This document shows positions 55,002 to 63,952 of a stretch of DNA of 64,000 nucleotides, piece by piece. How positions within the stretch are numbered: position 1 is the stretch's first letter; each line of letters begins with the position of its first letter. The DNA comes from a virus: IMG/VR virus record IMGVR_UViG_3300043398_000057; one strand, given 5' to 3'. A program made the translations under genes and the position numbers. Under the pieces are notes generated by a model that was not told the DNA's origin, did not search any database, and worked only from the letters and a program-made list of their open reading frames with translations.

Positions 55002-55355
55002 AATCAGTATAAACCCTTTGTTGTTTTCAACATACAGTTTTGCATACTTTGCTTTGTGAACCGGTTCGTCATTCGACTTCATGAAAAAGTGTCCGGCGAC
55101 ATAGGGATTGTACGAAACTTCTTCTTCACCATGATGTGAAAATGGTTTTGTGATCAGGGTGCCAACAGCGAATGCATGAACATTCTTTTGCTTTTCCTTG
55201 ATCACTCGTTGGCGAGATGCCTCACTTACCTTAAACACAACATCGCGAAGATACACCTCATGGCAATGCGCAATGACAATACCCTTTCTGTCACCTTCAT
55301 TTGCCATGATGCTAAACATCTTTTTCTGAATGTTGAAATAAACCTTAACTCTCAT
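54999..55355 (-). CDS. Conserved phage hypothetical protein
   Basis: VYFNIQKKMFSI, FKVSEASRQRV..KNVHAF, YNPY. Confidence 0.8.
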   Translation of the reverse strand: MRVKVYFNIQKKMFSIMANEGDRKGIVIAHCHEVYLRDVVFKVSEASRQRVIKEKQKNVHAFAVGTLITKPFSHHGEEEVSYNPYVAGHFFMKSNDEPVHKAKYAKLYVENNKGFILI

Positions 55356-55656
55356 TTGGTGTTCGGGTGTTCCACTTTTTCACACATTGATCAATACCGA
55401 CCGCCGAAATTTCGGCACCACAACCAAAATTGTGTTCGGTGCAATGCATAGTGTAAATCAGTTTTCGGGAGATTTCATTGTCCCCCGTTGGAAGATGATA
55501 GTAGTCAGTGACCGATTTGTGTTCATACCGGTCATAATCTTCATGATTACCTTCATAGCGAAACTCTGAACCCGTTGGATAGAGGTAGTCATGAAGGTCA
55601 TCCGAGAAGAATCTTTTACCACAGAACGGGCAAGGCTTTGGTGTAGGAATTTTCAT
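55345..55656 (-). CDS. Lar-like zinc-ribbon protein
   Basis: KPCPFCG..C....GCGA..KWNTR pattern of the Lar restriction-alleviation family. Confidence 0.65.
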   Translation of the reverse strand: MKIPTPKPCPFCGKRFFSDDLHDYLYPTGSEFRYEGNHEDYDRYEHKSVTDYYHLPTGDNEISRKLIYTMHCTEHNFGCGAEISAVGIDQCVKKWNTRTPNES

Positions 55657-55967
55657 TATCCGGGTCCGAAATTTGTCGTTGGTTTGGTTGCTTCATTAAC
55701 AATGAAACGCCAAATCCTTTTGTACCATGGCGCTTTTGGTTCTTCACGTTGTTCGAACCACTTTGCATCATGTCCACAAAGTTCTTCATCATTTCGAGTT
55801 CGGTCACATGAAAAATGCTCAAAAGTTTCACCATTAAAAACATAGTCACGTTTTGTGCATACTTTGGGCGACTTCAAACATTTGACTTCGTAAGGACTAC
55901 CACTTTTATGTGTAAACCCAATGGTCGAATTCTTGCACTGCGAACAAAGTTTGATTGAATCAGTCAT
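55656..55967 (-). CDS. Cys-rich hypothetical protein
   Basis: KLCSQCK..C..C..R..CGHDAKWFE. Confidence 0.7.
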   Translation of the reverse strand: MTDSIKLCSQCKNSTIGFTHKSGSPYEVKCLKSPKVCTKRDYVFNGETFEHFSCDRTRNDEELCGHDAKWFEQREEPKAPWYKRIWRFIVNEATKPTTNFGPG

Positions 55968-56298
55968 TATGACTTTCCGGGTCAGTTTGAGTGTAGTACC
56001 AATGCAGATAATTGATTTCATCATCACCGTCAATGAAAATCTTCTGGTTTGTTTCTTCGGCATATTGAGCGCGAAGCATCATTTCATAGTAGTGATCAAT
56101 ATGGCGTTCGATTGCAGCAGCCTTCAAATGCAGTCTATCAATGTCCGGTTCACCCATGAGAAACTTGTAAATTTTCCCACGCTTAGAGAACTTTTCATAT
56201 TCATCGGCAATCGCCTTTTCGGCGCGAACAAGACGTTGTTGATGAAAGTTCTTTCGATATTCGGCAAACGCCTTGATAGATTTTGGTTCGTAATGCAT
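55960..56298 (-). CDS. Hypothetical protein
   Basis: Tiles the operon. Confidence 0.65.
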   Translation of the reverse strand: MHYEPKSIKAFAEYRKNFHQQRLVRAEKAIADEYEKFSKRGKIYKFLMGEPDIDRLHLKAAAIERHIDHYYEMMLRAQYAEETNQKIFIDGDDEINYLHWYYTQTDPESHND

Positions 56299-56303
56299 AT
56301 GAG

Positions 56304-56509
56304 TTATTCCAATGTTCCGAGATTGAGCACAACATCACCCTTGTGATTCTTTGCAATTTTTGTCGCGGCTTCAATTGTTGAGCTTGTGTTTGTTGAACCG
56401 CTTACACCAATTTGCCTCCAAATAAGAGGAAACCACCAAAACTTTACTTGGCCTCATACCCACAAAAGTTGTCACTGACAATTCGATAACGGTTCTTGAA
56501 AATGTTCAT
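56304..56509 (-). pseudogene. Small ORF with an apparent 1-nt deletion (pseudogene or assembly error)
   Basis: AGGTG RBS and MNIFKNRYRIVSDNFCGYEA; a shifted frame continues QVKFWWFPLIWRQIG to TAA 56304. Confidence 0.55.
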
Positions 56510-56519
56510 AAATTTCACC

Positions 56520-57557
56520 TTATTCGTTTTTGCCAAGCCACTTGTTAGAAACAACCTTGAAAGACCCACGACCATTCAAATGCTTGAAAACCAAACCTTC
56601 GCGGGCAACCTTCGGGTTCAGCGATGAAATGCCATCGGCTTGCTTAATGAAAGTTTCAATGTCCATGTCTTGAGGAATGGTGTATTCACTTTCCACCACT
56701 GGAACATGGTCTTTCCTGAAACCGTGAGTCACACAGAGACTGTAAACAGTTTCCGGTGGGAGATATTCTTGCGTGTCGATGTTGAAAATGTTGTAGATTC
56801 GAATCTCATGCTTCTTCAATTTGTAATGATTCGATTCGATACCGGGACCGATCAGTTCACCTTGAAATGCGAGGTTACCAGGGTACAGTTCCAACCATTC
56901 GACAAACCCAAGTTCTCGCGCAGTTTTCCAATAAGTTCCGCCATTGTCAACAAGTTCAACATTTCGGGCGCAAACACCGATTTGACCTTCATTCTTGTAG
57001 ATTGTGATAGAACCACCATCCAACTTTTCAGTCACTTGAAACTTTGTGCCAATCTCCTTATAGACTTCGAACAGGTTCGCGATGTTTTGAATCCGTTCTT
57101 GATCAGTCTTTGGAATGATCCATGCGGGGAATTCACCCTTGGTATCAGCACCAAGGAATTCGGAAGGACGTTCCCACTTCAGGATGCCCAAAATTTCAGA
57201 AACATCGTAACCTTCATCAAGGCAGTCTGTCATACTACCACGTTCTTCAAGAATCTTCAGAGGCAAAACAAGACCCTGAGAGTATTGGCCCTTGAACTTT
57301 CTGGTGCGCAGGCGTTGACCGATAACGCCATCATATTCCATTGGAGATTCGTCATGTCGAGTCAGAAATGGTGCAATATCATGCGGAATGAATGAATCGA
57401 TTTCACAGTAAACAACCCTGTCACCGATTTGATATCCCATTTCCTTTTGTGTGACAACCTTCCAACCACCGAAGTGCAGAAGATGAATGAAGTCAGCACC
57501 TTCAATCGGTGTGATGTTGTCGATTCGGCGGATAGACGCCAGCTTACGTTCTGCCAT
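56520..57557 (-). CDS. RNA ligase (DRB0094/Rnl5-like)
   Basis: RKLASIRRI..IEGAD, VYCEIDS, PKTDQERIQN, motif I TEKLDG, QGELIGPGI, REGLVFK, SFKVVSNKWL. Confidence 0.92.
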   Translation of the reverse strand: MAERKLASIRRIDNITPIEGADFIHLLHFGGWKVVTQKEMGYQIGDRVVYCEIDSFIPHDIAPFLTRHDESPMEYDGVIGQRLRTRKFKGQYSQGLVLPLKILEERGSMTDCLDEGYDVSEILGILKWERPSEFLGADTKGEFPAWIIPKTDQERIQNIANLFEVYKEIGTKFQVTEKLDGGSITIYKNEGQIGVCARNVELVDNGGTYWKTARELGFVEWLELYPGNLAFQGELIGPGIESNHYKLKKHEIRIYNIFNIDTQEYLPPETVYSLCVTHGFRKDHVPVVESEYTIPQDMDIETFIKQADGISSLNPKVAREGLVFKHLNGRGSFKVVSNKWLGKNE

Positions 57558-57579
57558 TTTTCAATCCTTTGCTTTCCGT

Positions 57580-58116
57580 TTATTTGTCTTCGGGTTCGTC
57601 AATGACCCACGACTTCCCGATCACAACACCATTGTTCACACTTTGAAAACTGAAAACGTCATCCATGATTTCATTGGTTTCGTGACTAATCCATTGAACA
57701 AGGATATCATTTTTTCGGATGGTTGCAACAAATTGAACACCGACATTGTTATGTCTGAAACTGAACTTGAATCCTTGGAACTTGTCAGGGTGTTGAATTG
57801 CCAACAGAACCTGTTCACGGCTAGCGGGAATCTTGGCCAGTGACATAACCTTGGGTTCCCAAAAGAACAGCATCTGGCTTTCTTCTTTAAGACGCATGAA
57901 GTAATTTTCAAACGCTTGTTCATCAAACTTGTGAACGATGTATTCATCACCATCAAAACACATTTCGTTATGATAGATTCTACCTTGTGCGAAACGGCAA
58001 CCCTCAGCTTGAATCGCCAACAGGTTTTTTGGGGTAAAGTATTCCCGAATTTCTTGAGGGAAATTGGTGCCATCGGCACGAAAGACTTGTTTAGGTTCGG
58101 TTTGATTCATTTTCAA
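57580..58116 (-). CDS. Hypothetical protein
   Basis: Tiles the operon. Confidence 0.65.
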   Translation of the reverse strand: MKMNQTEPKQVFRADGTNFPQEIREYFTPKNLLAIQAEGCRFAQGRIYHNEMCFDGDEYIVHKFDEQAFENYFMRLKEESQMLFFWEPKVMSLAKIPASREQVLLAIQHPDKFQGFKFSFRHNNVGVQFVATIRKNDILVQWISHETNEIMDDVFSFQSVNNGVVIGKSWVIDEPEDK

Positions 58117-58370
58117 TCCTTCAGGTTAGATGCAAGTTTTTCTTCCATGTCACGCATCGCGGCATAGGTGATTGCAACGCTGTCATTGTTACCTTTGATG
58201 TAAGCATCGATGTATGGGCGAACATCTTCATCAAAGTTTTCGATGTTGAACGTCTTGCAACCGCCCAAACCACCCATACTGTTTTGAATGGATGCGGTAA
58301 AAATGTTGGATGTGACTTTCTCACCGAAAGCCTTTACTTCTGGACTTGGGTAGTTGTTCATGACAGTCAT
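58113..58370 (-). CDS. Hypothetical early protein
   Basis: First gene after early promoter copy 4. Confidence 0.65.
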   Translation of the reverse strand: MTVMNNYPSPEVKAFGEKVTSNIFTASIQNSMGGLGGCKTFNIENFDEDVRPYIDAYIKGNNDSVAITYAAMRDMEEKLASNLKD

Positions 58371-58377
58371 GATGAAG

Positions 58378-58442
58378 TGTTGCGATGTAATGAATTATGG
58401 CCCCGAAGGGCCATCTTGTCAACACTGATTTTGTAACAGTTT
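58378..58442 (-). promoter_or_regulatory. Early promoter repeat, copy 4
   Basis: TGTTACAA..TTGACA-17-CATAAT..CATCGCAACA; spacer hairpin GGCCC-TTCG-GGGCC. Confidence 0.85.
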
Positions 58443-58447
58443 GTAAC

Positions 58448-58846
58448 TCACTTGCGGTTCGCACCAAGCGAGTATTTTTGCTTGAGTTGCCATTGATCAC
58501 GTTCGGAGTGCTTGACGATCTTGATCATTCGAGGTGAACAAGAAACAAGTTCTTCCGATGTGACTTGCTTGCACATACCCCAATCCATCAACAGCTTTAC
58601 AATCAGATTTCGACGCGCCAAATCTTCTTCATAGATGATTGTCGGCTTACCATCCAAGTAGAACAGTTCCTTGAAATGGACAATGAAATACTTCCCGCGA
58701 CGATGCAAAATATGCGCAGTTTGCCAAAGAGTCTTTTCACCACGAACGGAAATACCAATTCGAGTCTAGGTTTCCCGAATCTTCAGAAAGTCATCAGGGT
58801 TTTCAATTGAAACCTCAACACCTACATCTTTATCAAATTCACTCAT
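58448..58846 (-). CDS. regA: Translational repressor RegA; internal TAG at 58768-58766
   Basis: PDDFLKIRET*TRIGIS..LWQTAHILHRRGKYFIVHFKELF..RRNLIVKLLMDWG. Confidence 0.95.
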
Positions 58847-58884
58847 TTTTCTTGACCTCACAAATATAACTGCACATGAAATAC

Positions 58885-59310
58885 TTACTGTTTAGACCGT
58901 TTTGGCTTACTGGTTTTGGTACTCATTTTACCACCCTTACCCTTGAGGATATCGGACTTCATCTCTTCTGTTAAAATGTTGTCGATATACCATTTTGCGC
59001 GAATGAGATTGATATCATAAATGCTCATGACCATCTCTTCGAGTTCTTCATTGGTCTTTTCAGATTCTTTCTTTGCCCACTTGGAAAATGCCAAATCCTT
59101 TGGCAACCCATGATAGAAAAAGTCATATTGCGCTTTCTTTGGCAGTTCATAGAACTGATTCATGGTATTGGCGAAAAGCGCACCAACCGGTGTTTGTGAG
59201 ATTCCGCGATTAACCATGAAAGCGTTGTAATGACTTTCTTGAAAGTTGTCATCCCAAATGTCGGTCTTTTTCTTGACCGCATTGATAATGTCAAAGAATG
59301 GTGCAGACAT
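58885..59310 (-). CDS. gp62: Clamp loader small subunit
   Basis: YNAFMVNRGIS, ANTMN, QYDFF, FSKWAK; synteny. Confidence 0.9.
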   Translation of the reverse strand: MSAPFFDIINAVKKKTDIWDDNFQESHYNAFMVNRGISQTPVGALFANTMNQFYELPKKAQYDFFYHGLPKDLAFSKWAKKESEKTNEELEEMVMSIYDINLIRAKWYIDNILTEEMKSDILKGKGGKMSTKTSKPKRSKQ

Positions 59311-59312
59311 TG

Positions 59313-59570
59313 TTAAACCTCATTAGGCCATGCGAAAACCGGTAGACCACTCAGAACACCTTCAGCAATGACAAGCCTTCCGGACAAACGTTGCAGATGT
59401 TCAACGCTTCGAATCTGAGACTTTCGCACAGAGCACAAAACAAACTTCCCATCGTTCACTTCAAGGTGATAATGATACAGCGGATCGTATGCTTCATACT
59501 CTTCATCAGTTGCGAAAGACGCTGAAATCGCGGCATCCTGAACCTTGAAATGTTCCAGAAACTTGCTCAT
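59313..59570 (-). CDS. Hypothetical protein inserted between gp44 and gp62
   Basis: ATGA-coupled to gp44. Confidence 0.65.
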   Translation of the reverse strand: MSKFLEHFKVQDAAISASFATDEEYEAYDPLYHYHLEVNDGKFVLCSVRKSQIRSVEHLQRLSGRLVIAEGVLSGLPVFAWPNEV

Positions 59571-60481
59571 TTGAACTTTGCCTTCTTCATGAATTCAACG
59601 CAAAACGCTGCAATGTTGATTTCGGGGTCGGCACCATTGTTTGAACGGTATTGATACTCACCAATGGTCAAAATGATTTCAGGAATGCAAGACGGTTCAA
59701 GAACACCATCCAAAGCCTTGTAAAGATCACGGAAAACAAGTTCAGAGGCATTGTTAGCTGCCCACTTGCGACATTCACCAAAGTTCTTTTCCTTCATTGC
59801 ACTGACCAGAGATTCAATGCTACTGGTTTGCAAATTGGTCAGAATCGATTCATCAATTTCACCACTCATTGCGAACCGTTGCAGTTCATCAATGGACTTG
59901 CGGAAGTCGGGGAAGTTCTTGTTGATCAGTGACGCGACGGCTTGCTTGTCGAACTTGATTTCTTCATTTTCAAGAATCGAGAATGCACGCTTGCTCATAC
60001 CAATCACAAGTGCCTTACGTTCATCCTGAGGAACAGTGAACGAATAGGTTCGCAGGCGAGATTGCAGGGCAGGAATGACCTTGTAGAGATTGTTTGCTGT
60101 GAAGATGAAGCTACAGGTCTTGGCGAATTGTTCAATCACACCCTTGAGCGAATCTTGAGCCTGAGATGACAGACCATCCGATTCGTCAAAGATGACAACC
60201 TTTTTGCCACCGGTCAGAGAAACCGTTGATGCAAATTGTTCAACACGGCTTCGAACCATGTCGATACCATTGTCTTTGGATGCGTTGATAAACAGCACAT
60301 CCGTTTCCAATTGGTCACAAAGAGCCATAGCAACCGTTGTCTTGCCAATACCCGGTCGGCCAACAAAAAGCATGTTAGGAATCTCGCCACTGGCGACGAT
60401 TTCATTCATTTGCTTCTTTGTTTCCTTTGGAATGATGCATTCATCAATGGTTTTTGGTCGATAATCAAATGTCCACAACAT
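59567..60481 (-). CDS. gp44: Clamp loader large subunit (AAA+)
   Basis: YRPKTIDECI, GRPGIGKTT, INAS, FDESD, LQSR, FPDFRK. Confidence 0.95.
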   Translation of the reverse strand: MLWTFDYRPKTIDECIIPKETKKQMNEIVASGEIPNMLFVGRPGIGKTTVAMALCDQLETDVLFINASKDNGIDMVRSRVEQFASTVSLTGGKKVVIFDESDGLSSQAQDSLKGVIEQFAKTCSFIFTANNLYKVIPALQSRLRTYSFTVPQDERKALVIGMSKRAFSILENEEIKFDKQAVASLINKNFPDFRKSIDELQRFAMSGEIDESILTNLQTSSIESLVSAMKEKNFGECRKWAANNASELVFRDLYKALDGVLEPSCIPEIILTIGEYQYRSNNGADPEINIAAFCVEFMKKAKFK

Positions 60482-60495
60482 GATGTAGTTTCTCC

Positions 60496-60672
60496 TTAAT
60501 AGACTTGGATGTAACCGGTTCGCTGATAGATTTCAGCAACCATTTCAACATTTGCCCAATCGGGAATTGTTGCAACCGAATAGTCGTCACTCATGTGAGA
60601 GTAGTATTCGACTTGATCGATTGTGCAATATGTCCCATCGGGCCAGAATGCGTATTCTACACCATGACTCAT
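60496..60672 (-). CDS. Small acidic protein, 58 aa, between gp45 and gp44
   Basis: ATGA-coupled to gp45; MSHGVEYAFWPDGTYC..HMSDDY; below the ORF-track cutoff. Confidence 0.65.
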   Translation of the reverse strand: MSHGVEYAFWPDGTYCTIDQVEYYSHMSDDYSVATIPDWANVEMVAEIYQRTGYIQVY

Positions 60673-61334
60673 TGCGAGAACTCCGAACTAGGTTCAATAC
60701 CAAGGAACATCACATACGAACCGTTATTGTTCACCCACTTGGTGATTTTCTTCTTCGACACTTCGACGCTGTAATCACCATCAATCATCTTCATGTTGTC
60801 CAGATTGAACACAACCGAGAAGTCTTCTTCAAACTTGTCTGACAGTTCAACCGTGAAAATGTTGCTCGAAGGTGTGGTCTTGTCATAGACATTGGCAACA
60901 AACTTGCCATCCTTGGAAACAAAGGCAACTTCGTTCAAACCAAGCGTCTTCGCCGCCTTGTCAATCGAATTCTTCAGAGTTTGGGTCACATTGAATGTGA
61001 AGTCGGTTTGAGGGAACTTGACCGTATTGGGGTAATCACTCAGAAGTGCCTTGTCAGTGGTTCGGTACTTGACGTTGACCGAATTTTCGCTGATCGAAAG
61101 AACACCGTTCGAGAACGTCAGTTCAGGCGATGCAAACATACCAAGAACATTCAGGAATTCTCGCATGTCATAAATTCCGAACTCGTCATCAAAAGCATCC
61201 GGCAGTGTTGCCACCACAACCGAAGTTTTTGCTGGTGCCATGGTCTTTTGAGTGTTGCCAGCAATGAACCATGCATTGCTATTGATTTGACCGAAGTTCT
61301 TCAGGATTTCGATAGATTCTTTGCTCAGTTTCAT
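60669..61334 (-). CDS. gp45: Sliding clamp
   Basis: MKLSKESIEILKNFGQIN, FGIYDMREFL, NMKMIDGDYSV. Confidence 0.95.
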   Translation of the reverse strand: MKLSKESIEILKNFGQINSNAWFIAGNTQKTMAPAKTSVVVATLPDAFDDEFGIYDMREFLNVLGMFASPELTFSNGVLSISENSVNVKYRTTDKALLSDYPNTVKFPQTDFTFNVTQTLKNSIDKAAKTLGLNEVAFVSKDGKFVANVYDKTTPSSNIFTVELSDKFEEDFSVVFNLDNMKMIDGDYSVEVSKKKITKWVNNNGSYVMFLGIEPSSEFSQ

Positions 61335-61346
61335 GATTAACCTTTC

Positions 61347-62717
61347 TTACATTGTCCAACCGGAAAAGTCTGTTGTTCCGGTACTTTCACCACCATTGTT
61401 GATAACATCCGACATTTGGGCTTGCGCCTTTTGGGTCTGAGTGTTGTCAACATCATACCACATCATCTTGTCTGTATCGACGCCAATCGCGAAGCAATTG
61501 TAGTAGTCGATTGATCCAAAACGATTCTTCAATTGCTTGATAATACGTTGCTTCATAGCCTTCAGGTCATCTGAAGTGATCATGACGAACATGCTGTCAA
61601 GCGTCATTGGGATACCCCAAGATTCCGAAACATCATTCATTCCCGGGTCAGAGCTTCCGCCACCACCACGGGTTGTTTGCACGGCAGTCCATACAACAGT
61701 GTTTGTCTAAATTGCCATAGACCGCAACTCTTCAGCAACCGATTTTTGTAGCGTGAATGAGTTTGCTTGAGTGTTCTTAACTCTAGCCGAACCAACGATA
61801 CCCATATAGTCAACCACGATCTAATCGGGTACGAAATTCTTAACTCTTTTCAGTTCATCGATCAGGGCTAGAAAATGGTTAGCGTTTGCGCCACCGGTAG
61901 GAAACTCTCTAACGATCAGTTTACCGAAACCCTTGTCTTTCAGACTGTTGATGCGTGAAATAAAATCACTCTTTGTCATACGCATCAATTGATCTTGGTC
62001 AACTTCAAAACGGCATTGGTCGAAACGTTTTGAGATTTCTTCCTGAGCCATTTCAGCGGTAATGTACAAAACATTGTATCCAGCATTCAATGCGCCACGC
62101 GCAATGTTTACCAGACCAAGGGTTTTACCCGCATGGGGCGGCGCCATCAAAGCATTCAGGGTTTTTCTTGTTGGCCCACCACGCATCACCTTATCGAAAA
62201 ATGGATGCCCCGTGGGAATCTTCAAATCCTTCTTGTGGTAATACTCGAAACGGTTTTCAGCATCATCCTCATAATCATGCCCAACTCGCGTGTCGAATTT
62301 AACGCTTAGTGCATCCTGAAGAATTGATGGGATAGCATCAGAAGAACGTTTTTCATCATCACCATTGGCAATGGTGATACTTTCCATGAGTGCATTGAAA
62401 AGTGCATTATCCTTACAGAAAGTCTCAGTTTCATCAATCAGCCAAGAAACCTCATACTCTTTCGAGAAGTCGATTGATTCTAGCTTTTCTGTAATACCAT
62501 CAAGAACACTTTCGGTCTAGTTCTTCGCCTTTGACAACGAGATTTCAACTTGTTCCTTTGTGGGGCAACGCTTGTACTTGTCAAACAGATGAACGATGAT
62601 TTTCAGAAGAACCTTATCAGACTTTTCCTTAAAGTATTCTTCCTTCAGATGTGGAATGACTTGCTTTGCGTAAGCCTCATACTTCATCAAACCGGTAAAA
62701 ATTAGTGTTTCAATCAA
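61347..62717 (-). CDS. gp41: Replicative DNA helicase; internal TAG at 62519, 61823, 61709
   Basis: Three ORF-track fragments in one frame; Walker A APPHAGKT, YITAEM, REFPTG, VDY, SESWG, KQLKNR. Confidence 0.95.
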
Positions 62718-62738
62718 TGTGTGAACCCCTTATAGTTC

Positions 62739-62778
62739 TGTGCCTCAACTGCTACTATTGTAACACAGTTGAGGCACA
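62739..62778. promoter_or_regulatory. 13-bp inverted repeat between uvsX and gp41
   Basis: TGTGCCTCAACTG..CAGTTGAGGCACA; loop reads TGTTACAAT on the minus strand. Confidence 0.55.
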
Positions 62779-62804
62779 TTCAGTTACGCGCGAAAAGGGT
62801 TTAC

Positions 62805-63878
62805 TTAATCGTCACTATCCAGTGCATCGATTTCAGCCTCTCGATTGCGGGACTCTTCCAGCTTGTGACCAAGTTTGTACTTGCCCATGATGAAATTGTC
62901 GAACTTGTCACACTTGAGAATATCGGACCAGAATTCTTCGGTTTCGGTATCCTTCAGGCGCAGCTTACCACCAATCAGTTCACCGGTAGAGATATCAACC
63001 TTTTGATACCAACCTTGATTGGGCTTGACAACGTGACCGGATTCAAGTGCAATATCCATCAGACCGGAATAGGTCTTGATACCACCATCAAAGGTAACGG
63101 TAAATTCCAGCTTTGACTTTTCCTTGACGTAACGCGACTTTTCAACAGTCAGCTTAAAGTTGTATCCGATCAGGTCGGTTCCTTCTTTTTCTTGACTCTT
63201 TGTGATGATGAAGCCAGTGTTTGCACTGTACATCAGACCGGTACCACCGCTGATGATGGCCTTAGAGTACATTTCCATGGTGTTGTAGGTGTGGCAGATT
63301 GCCAAACATGGAATGTCTTTTGCTACCAGCGAAGGTGTCACCATACGGAACAACGACTTGATGGACTTTGCACGTTGCATGTCGGCAACAGACTTTTCAT
63401 CAAGTGCGTCTTCAAGTTCCTTCAACGATGCAGTGTTACCAATCGAGTCAATCGCAATGATGACCTTATCGCCACGTTCGATTTCCTTGAGTTGACGAAC
63501 AATGTCAAACTTCAACATTTCGATATGTTCGATAGGAATGTGAATAACTCGCGACGGATCGATACCATGGGTCTTCAGGTACGCGGGGGTAATACCACCT
63601 TCCGAATCGTACAGAATGCAAACAGCTTCGGCATACTTGTCGAGATATGCCTTGACACACAGAAGCGTCAGAAGAGTTTTGTAGGACTTTGATTCACCGG
63701 CAATAAGGGTCTAACCACTTGACATACCACCACGAGTAGAACCAGAATACGCCACGTTGATGATAGGAATGTCAACCTGAATCACATCCTTGTCATGAAA
63801 CATCACCGATTCACTCAGAACAGAGGCATTCTTGGTGGGTGATGCCTTCAGAAGTTTTTCCATCAGTTTACTAGCCAT
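62805..63878 (-). CDS. uvsX: RecA-like recombinase; internal TAG at 63713-63711
   Basis: INVAYSG..GG..G*TLIAGESKSYKT, YDSE, IDSIGN, SVADMQRAK, KSRYVKEKS. Confidence 0.95.
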
Positions 63879-63952
63879 GTTTTTCCTTTACGTTAAATGG
63901 GCCTTATCGTATTTTCCGTGAGTGCCCAACCTCACGAATCTTAGTTAGGGTG

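Noticed and set aside
56640-57395. 251-aa + strand ORF
   Set aside because: Antisense shadow of the RNA ligase gene
48781-58442. CRISPR array or IS ends for the dispersed ~60-bp repeats
   Set aside because: Copies are 0.5-4.7 kb apart, contain -35/-10 boxes and have no spacer periodicity or transposase
807-63713. TAG = Gln (translation table 15)
   Set aside because: Diagnostic sites (RegA, UvsX, TerL, intein, helicase, in-window paralog) are conserved Leu or hydrophobic positions; only the gp41 61709 site would fit Gln better
807-63713. Mass pseudogenisation or random sequencing errors
   Set aside because: Interruptions are almost all TAG rather than TAA/TGA, occur in varied contexts, preserve frame and motifs, and one recurs identically in a duplicated tract; read-level confirmation is still needed
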